64,000 bases of DNA from an uncultured Planctomycetales bacterium (GTDB lineage Bacteria > Omnitrophota > Gorgyraeia > Zapsychrales > JANLHA01). Within the stretch, counting starts at the first letter, position 1; each line of letters begins with the position of its first letter. The position numbers and the translations under genes are program-made. Location of the stretch: assembly GCA_964595465.1 (NCBI GenBank), contig CAZQQI010000008.1, positions 16,561 through 80,560 of the forward strand, given 5' to 3'. Positions 59,997 through 64,000 of the stretch are shown one piece after another. A model generated the notes under the pieces. That model had not been told where the DNA came from and did not search any database. It worked only from the letters and a program-made list of their open reading frames with translations.

Positions 59997-60017
59997 CCCT
60001 CCCCCTTGTGGGGAGGG
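59997..60017. repeat. GC-rich hairpin CCCTCCCC-CTTGT-GGGGAGGG followed by a G-tract repeat (TTAGGGAGGGGGA)
   Basis: 8-bp all-GC stem located 37 nt after the mutL stop. No flanking T-run. Confidence 0.5.
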
Positions 60018-60150
60018 TTAGGGAGGGGGATCTCGGAAAAAATGGTGTCGAATCTCACAGCTTATTTATTTTAAGTTATTTATAAGTAATTCCTAAATAA
60101 AAGGCAATTTTTTCCAAAATTAAAACAGAATGGCGTCTCTTTTGAATTAA

Positions 60151-60631
60151 TCATACTCGTCTTAATTTCAATGAGTTATGAAATCCGACACCATTTTTTT
60201 CTGGCCACCGCTGTTCTTCTCCGGCATGCACATTTTGCCAGATCCCGCGGTATAAATCATACAAATAATCCGGCTCCTGTCTTAAGCGGAAAGGATCTAT
60301 ACGCACATACGGCTCAAACGGAGAACGGAAAATCATATCAATGCCTTTTATCGAAACCTCACGTATACGCTTTTCAATTTGACACAAATGCTCTTTCAGC
60401 TCTGAAGGATACTCCCGTGGATTTTTAATACGCGTCGCCGGTTCCAATATGACATCCATATCTGATCCCGCGGTCAACGCGCCGATGGAAAAACTACCGC
60501 CAAGATAAATAAAAATACCGTCGCTGTCCTGTAGTACGGAAACAGCCTTCGCGATCTTTTTCTGCTGAGTGTTAAGCAGATCCTTCAGCAGCGGATCATT
60601 GATCGATAGGATCGGTCGCCCCTTGCGGTTC
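60151..60631 (-). CDS. Minimal nucleotidyltransferase (Pol-beta superfamily, MNT-like)
   Basis: GGSFSIGALTAGSDMDVIL = GS...SDxD NTase motif. Probable TTG start overlapping the upstream TGA stop (TTGA) with an AAAGGAGG motif upstream. The start assignment is uncertain. Confidence 0.55.
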
Positions 60632-63600
60632 AACGGCGGCCGTTTAAGCGCCTCCTTTCTACAGCCCGTTGAGCCAGTGCCTGGATCAGCCGGCCGTTGC
60701 ACGTAACAGCCAAACGCGCATCAATATACTGAACAGCCCCGATACGGGCACGGCTGAGTTCTGTGCTGTTTGCAAAAAACGCGACATCACTTTTCCACGC
60801 TAAATCCACGAAATGCTGAAAATGCTTCCGAAACCGCATCTTCCCTTTTTCATCATCATAGACATCCTCAACCTCAGCACCAACAATCACGTCAATGTCC
60901 AGATCAAAGACATCCAGAGACTGATCGTGCTCAGCCTCAAGCATATGCAATTCTGCCGGCACCGGCATACGCAGCAGTCTGTGGTCGTCCGGGTCCTGAT
61001 CCAGACGGTATTTGCGGATATTTTTAATAAGGCCGAGATCAACCAGACCACTAAGATAATTATGACTTTTCAATACGCGGGCCGCCCAACGACGGATCAT
61101 TTGCCAACCATCCAGAGCCGGTCTTTTCACATGGTATCCATAAATATCATTATGAGCGTCCAGATAACCCCAGCGAAGCCCGCCGTCGCGTATGATATCC
61201 GCGATCTTCTCCTGATAATGATCACACAGACACACCGGAACCAGGCCGTGCTGTCCGACCCAATAAACTCTCCGTCCGTCAGCCAGCCGTATCTCAAGGT
61301 AATGTCCCGCTCCTACAGCGTATCCGGTCCGATTGATCCGCACATGACTCACGATCCACTGCTCATTCTGCTCCGGTCGGACATTGATCTCACGCTGGAT
61401 GATATCCGCCTCCGGAAAAATAAAATCCTGCGGTATATGAACATCGATTTTCTGCCCTATATCAGCTGCTGCCCCGGCTTTTTGTGATATCGCGCCGCGT
61501 CTTTCCCCCGCCCCGTCATGGAACGGGACACTGAACACGACCAATACCAGTGCCGCGGCAAGAGCAACACCAATGAGTATCCAAGAATGCGTCACGGCGG
61601 CGGTCATCCCGGCCGGAAGGGCAAAAAGTGCCAACACATTGAACGACACAAAACCGGACGCAGAGGTTTTCCGATTATGCGATCTCTCCGCCGAAGGATT
61701 TACGGCCCCATTTACAGCATCATCTGGCTCACGATCTTCATCCCCGCCTTGATTATCTGTTGCCAAAAAACGAGCCGCTTGCCGTGCAGATATCTTTGTG
61801 ATCCGGGCCCGCACCCGCCGGAACTTCCGTTCCTGTTCCGCTAAAAAAGGCACGGAGCCGTTTGTGCTGATAAGCCGGCCCAGCTCCAGGCGGATATTCT
61901 TTCGATGTTTTTCCGCCGCGTCTACAACTAAGGGTGACGCAACATACTGGTTGCCAAATTGACCGGCTGTCAGATCCATAGCAGCATCTTTGTCTTCAAG
62001 TTTTAAAACCGGATAGACATGCAGGGTTTCTCCGGCGACCACAATATGCTCCCGGAACATTTCCCGATTATAAATGCCGGCATCGATGCCGCTTTGCCGG
62101 GCGGCTCCAAGAAGACAGTCACAAACTGTGAAACAAAGGCCGCATCCCGCAAAAAAAGAACGCGATAATATTGTGTAGTCGCCCCTCCTCCCGTCAATAA
62201 CCGCCAAATATCTTTCAGCATGGTTCAGCTTCCGCAACAGCACCAGAATAAGGTCCTGCTGCTGTTCAAAAATCCGCCGCAAATGTTTCATGGTCCCGGG
62301 CCCTGTGCGAAAATCCTCAAAACAGCCCTGAAACACTTCTGTCAAACGCCGTTCTACTGCGGCCTTCTTGTCCTGGTATCTGTTCCTTATACCTTTTTCA
62401 GAGGAAAACCCTGTATTCTCATTGGCTTGAGAACGCTCCTTTTGGCATATTGTCTTCAAACTTTGCTCGGTTCCCTGGCGGGAAAAGATCGTTTCAAGAC
62501 CCTGATCTTTCAGACCCAAAGTAAGTTGTTGTTTCAAACACGGCCAATCTCCCCACCCCTGCTTGAACATAATATCGGTGCCGTTCTCATAGAGCAGCCG
62601 GATATTTTTGCGCTGTTCGCGGCTTCCTGCCGGCCCTTGAGGCAAGCCGACCATAATCCCGGACAATTCTTTTAAGGCCTCGCCGCCATCGATCCAATCA
62701 TTAAAACTGATGATCCGATGGGCAGGGAACTGATCTTGTAAATAGCGGAAAGCAATATCTTTGCGGTGATCAGTGTCCTGCCCGCTTCCCAAATGGGCAA
62801 CGTCTTCCCGCGTGATCACGCGGTCAGCCGGAACGAGTTCAAGCACGCCGGCCTGCTCCAACTGGCGGAGAATGGCGCTGCGTGACGCGCGTGAATCCGT
62901 CAAAATATAGCTGGGAATATGGAGTGCCGTAACATCCCGCATGGCATCCAGTACACCGGGCATTAATACCGGAACATGTTTCTCGGCAAATTTTCCGCGC
63001 TCCTCCTGCATGACACGGACAAATTGCTGTTCATCAACCCCGCATTCTTTCATCATCGCAGACCAGGATTCTGAGGCATCCAGTTCTGCAAGATGTTCTT
63101 CAACCCACTTCAGGGCATCCTGATTGGAGATTTCCCTAAACGCCTTCAGGACATGCGCAAATTCCTGTTTCCAGGTCGGACGAAAGATCGTGCCGTGGAT
63201 ATCGAACACGGCCAGATAAGCATTTCGCTGAAGGGGATCAGGTGCTAATTCAATCCTGTTGATATTCGGAGGAAATCTATTGGATTTAAAAGGCGGGCCG
63301 CGGGGCTCCGGGACCATTCGAGCGGTCATAACCACAGCAAGGGCCGCGGCAAGAATGACCCAAAGCCAGGCCGGAACAATCACCCCGCCGGCAATGCCGG
63401 TCATAACTGCCAAAGACATGCCGGAAATAAATCCTTGCCGGCGATGATCCCCAAGCTGGCGCGGATGATTTCTCCTGTCCGATTCTCGCTGCCCATCATC
63501 TCTATGTTTTTGTTCCTGCCTGTTTCTATTGCCCCGCAAACAGCAGCATTCTTCTAAAAACCTGCCGGCCGCCAGCAAAGCCCGGATCCGCATAACTTCT

Positions 63601-64000
63601 GCCGAATTCCAAACTTCTGAAAAAGGCTTCCGGCTTAATGGAGATGAAATTTCTGTATTCGGAAGATTAAAGCATGGGATCAAGGCCCCGCAAAAATCAA
63701 TGTTCGCCTCTGTCTCCAGCAGGCAGGGCTTATTCATTTCTGCCGCAAAATCCCAAACATAAAGTCCGATTCCGTATTTTGCGGCTTCTTCATGCATACG
63801 ATCCAGCACGCCATCGCGCAGTGAACGATACGAGACATCAACGCCGTCCAATCGATATCGGTTTTCCAGAAAACGAAGTTCCAAATAACGGGCACCGATC
63901 TGCCGACAAAATTGCGGCATCTCATGAAGCGTTCTCAAATTGTATGCGTTAGCAACCGTGTTGATCCAAACCGGAATGCCGGCTTCTCTGTGAAATATCT
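60630..64000 (-). CDS. Very large multidomain protein, 5'-truncated by the window edge: radical-SAM/SPASM-like Cys-rich region, basic linker, TM pair, HAD-like domain, transglutaminase-like Cys-peptidase core, TM pair, ~300-aa C-terminal domain
   Basis: No stop codon from 60633 to 64000 in this frame, so the listed TTG is not the real start. Cys pattern C-x11-C-x5-C...CCC resembles SPASM. FDIHGTIF...SYILTDS...K...NDWIDGG resembles HAD motifs. GCGLCFTVCDCLLGAARQSGIDAGIY...EHIVVAGE resembles a transglutaminase core. Confidence 0.6.
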   Translation of the reverse strand, partial: IFHREAGIPVWINTVANAYNLRTLHEMPQFCRQIGARYLELRFLENRYRLDGVDVSYRSLRDGVLDRMHEEAAKYGIGLYVWDFAAEMNKPCLLETEANIDFCGALIPCFNLPNTEISSPLSRKPFSEVWNSAEVMRIRALLAAGRFLEECCCLRGNRNRQEQKHRDDGQRESDRRNHPRQLGDHRRQGFISGMSLAVMTGIAGGVIVPAWLWVILAAALAVVMTARMVPEPRGPPFKSNRFPPNINRIELAPDPLQRNAYLAVFDIHGTIFRPTWKQEFAHVLKAFREISNQDALKWVEEHLAELDASESWSAMMKECGVDEQQFVRVMQEERGKFAEKHVPVLMPGVLDAMRDVTALHIPSYILTDSRASRSAILRQLEQAGVLELVPADRVITREDVAHLGSGQDTDHRKDIAFRYLQDQFPAHRIISFNDWIDGGEALKELSGIMVGLPQGPAGSREQRKNIRLLYENGTDIMFKQGWGDWPCLKQQLTLGLKDQGLETIFSRQGTEQSLKTICQKERSQANENTGFSSEKGIRNRYQDKKAAVERRLTEVFQGCFEDFRTGPGTMKHLRRIFEQQQDLILVLLRKLNHAERYLAVIDGRRGDYTILSRSFFAGCGLCFTVCDCLLGAARQSGIDAGIYNREMFREHIVVAGETLHVYPVLKLEDKDAAMDLTAGQFGNQYVASPLVVDAAEKHRKNIRLELGRLISTNGSVPFLAEQERKFRRVRARITKISARQAARFLATDNQGGDEDREPDDAVNGAVNPSAERSHNRKTSASGFVSFNVLALFALPAGMTAAVTHSWILIGVALAAALVLVVFSVPFHDGAGERRGAISQKAGAAADIGQKIDVHIPQDFIFPEADIIQREINVRPEQNEQWIVSHVRINRTGYAVGAGHYLEIRLADGRRVYWVGQHGLVPVCLCDHYQEKIADIIRDGGLRWGYLDAHNDIYGYHVKRPALDGWQMIRRWAARVLKSHNYLSGLVDLGLIKNIRKYRLDQDPDDHRLLRMPVPAELHMLEAEHDQSLDVFDLDIDVIVGAEVEDVYDDEKGKMRFRKHFQHFVDLAWKSDVAFFANSTELSRARIGAVQYIDARLAVTCNGRLIQALAQRAVERRRLNGRR

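Noticed and set aside
60010-60030. Telomere-like GGGTTAGGG motif
   Set aside because: Only a single TTAGGG flanked by G-tracts on a circular-type bacterial chromosome segment. Most likely coincidental and part of a GC-rich hairpin region.
63939-64000. TTG 'start' of the giant ORF at 63936-63938 as listed in the ORF track
   Set aside because: Hand translation shows the frame stays open upstream to the window edge (…IFHREAGIPVWINTVANAYN-LRTLHEM…). The listed start is an artefact of window truncation, and the true N-terminus lies beyond 64000.

Overview
This 64 kb window is a high-GC bacterial chromosomal segment that is almost fully coding, mostly on the minus strand. The bulk is housekeeping genes: hflX, miaA, an ECF sigma/anti-sigma pair, nrdR, glyA, rpiB, a TsaC-LMW-PTP fusion, a long pur operon (purB-purC-purSL-LOG-purQ-purM-purD-purE), pgi, mnmA, birA, two tRNAs, rlmN, accA, tatA/tatC, mutS and mutL. 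The accessory content that stands out is: (1) a very large minus-strand ORF at the right edge that is truncated by the window end and combines radical-SAM/SPASM-like, HAD-like, transglutaminase-like and transmembrane segments, and whose TGA stop overlaps the TTG start of a minimal nucleotidyltransferase gene; (2) two lysine/alanine-rich histone-H1-like proteins flanking a YfhO-family glycosyltransferase, near three TPR/GT-C (TMTC/PMT-like) membrane proteins; (3) a noncoding island after an ORF6N-domain gene containing a 38-nt perfect palindrome, plus a 21-nt motif found at three dispersed sites; (4) an inverted partial copy of the tRNA-Leu 5' end forming a long hairpin upstream of that tRNA; (5) several domain fusions (PurS-PurS-PurL, TsaC+LMW-PTP, YkgJ+GNAT-like, Macro-like+NUDIX). 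No CRISPR array, rRNA or intact transposase/integrase was seen. All functional calls are based on motif recognition in the translated ORFs without database searches.
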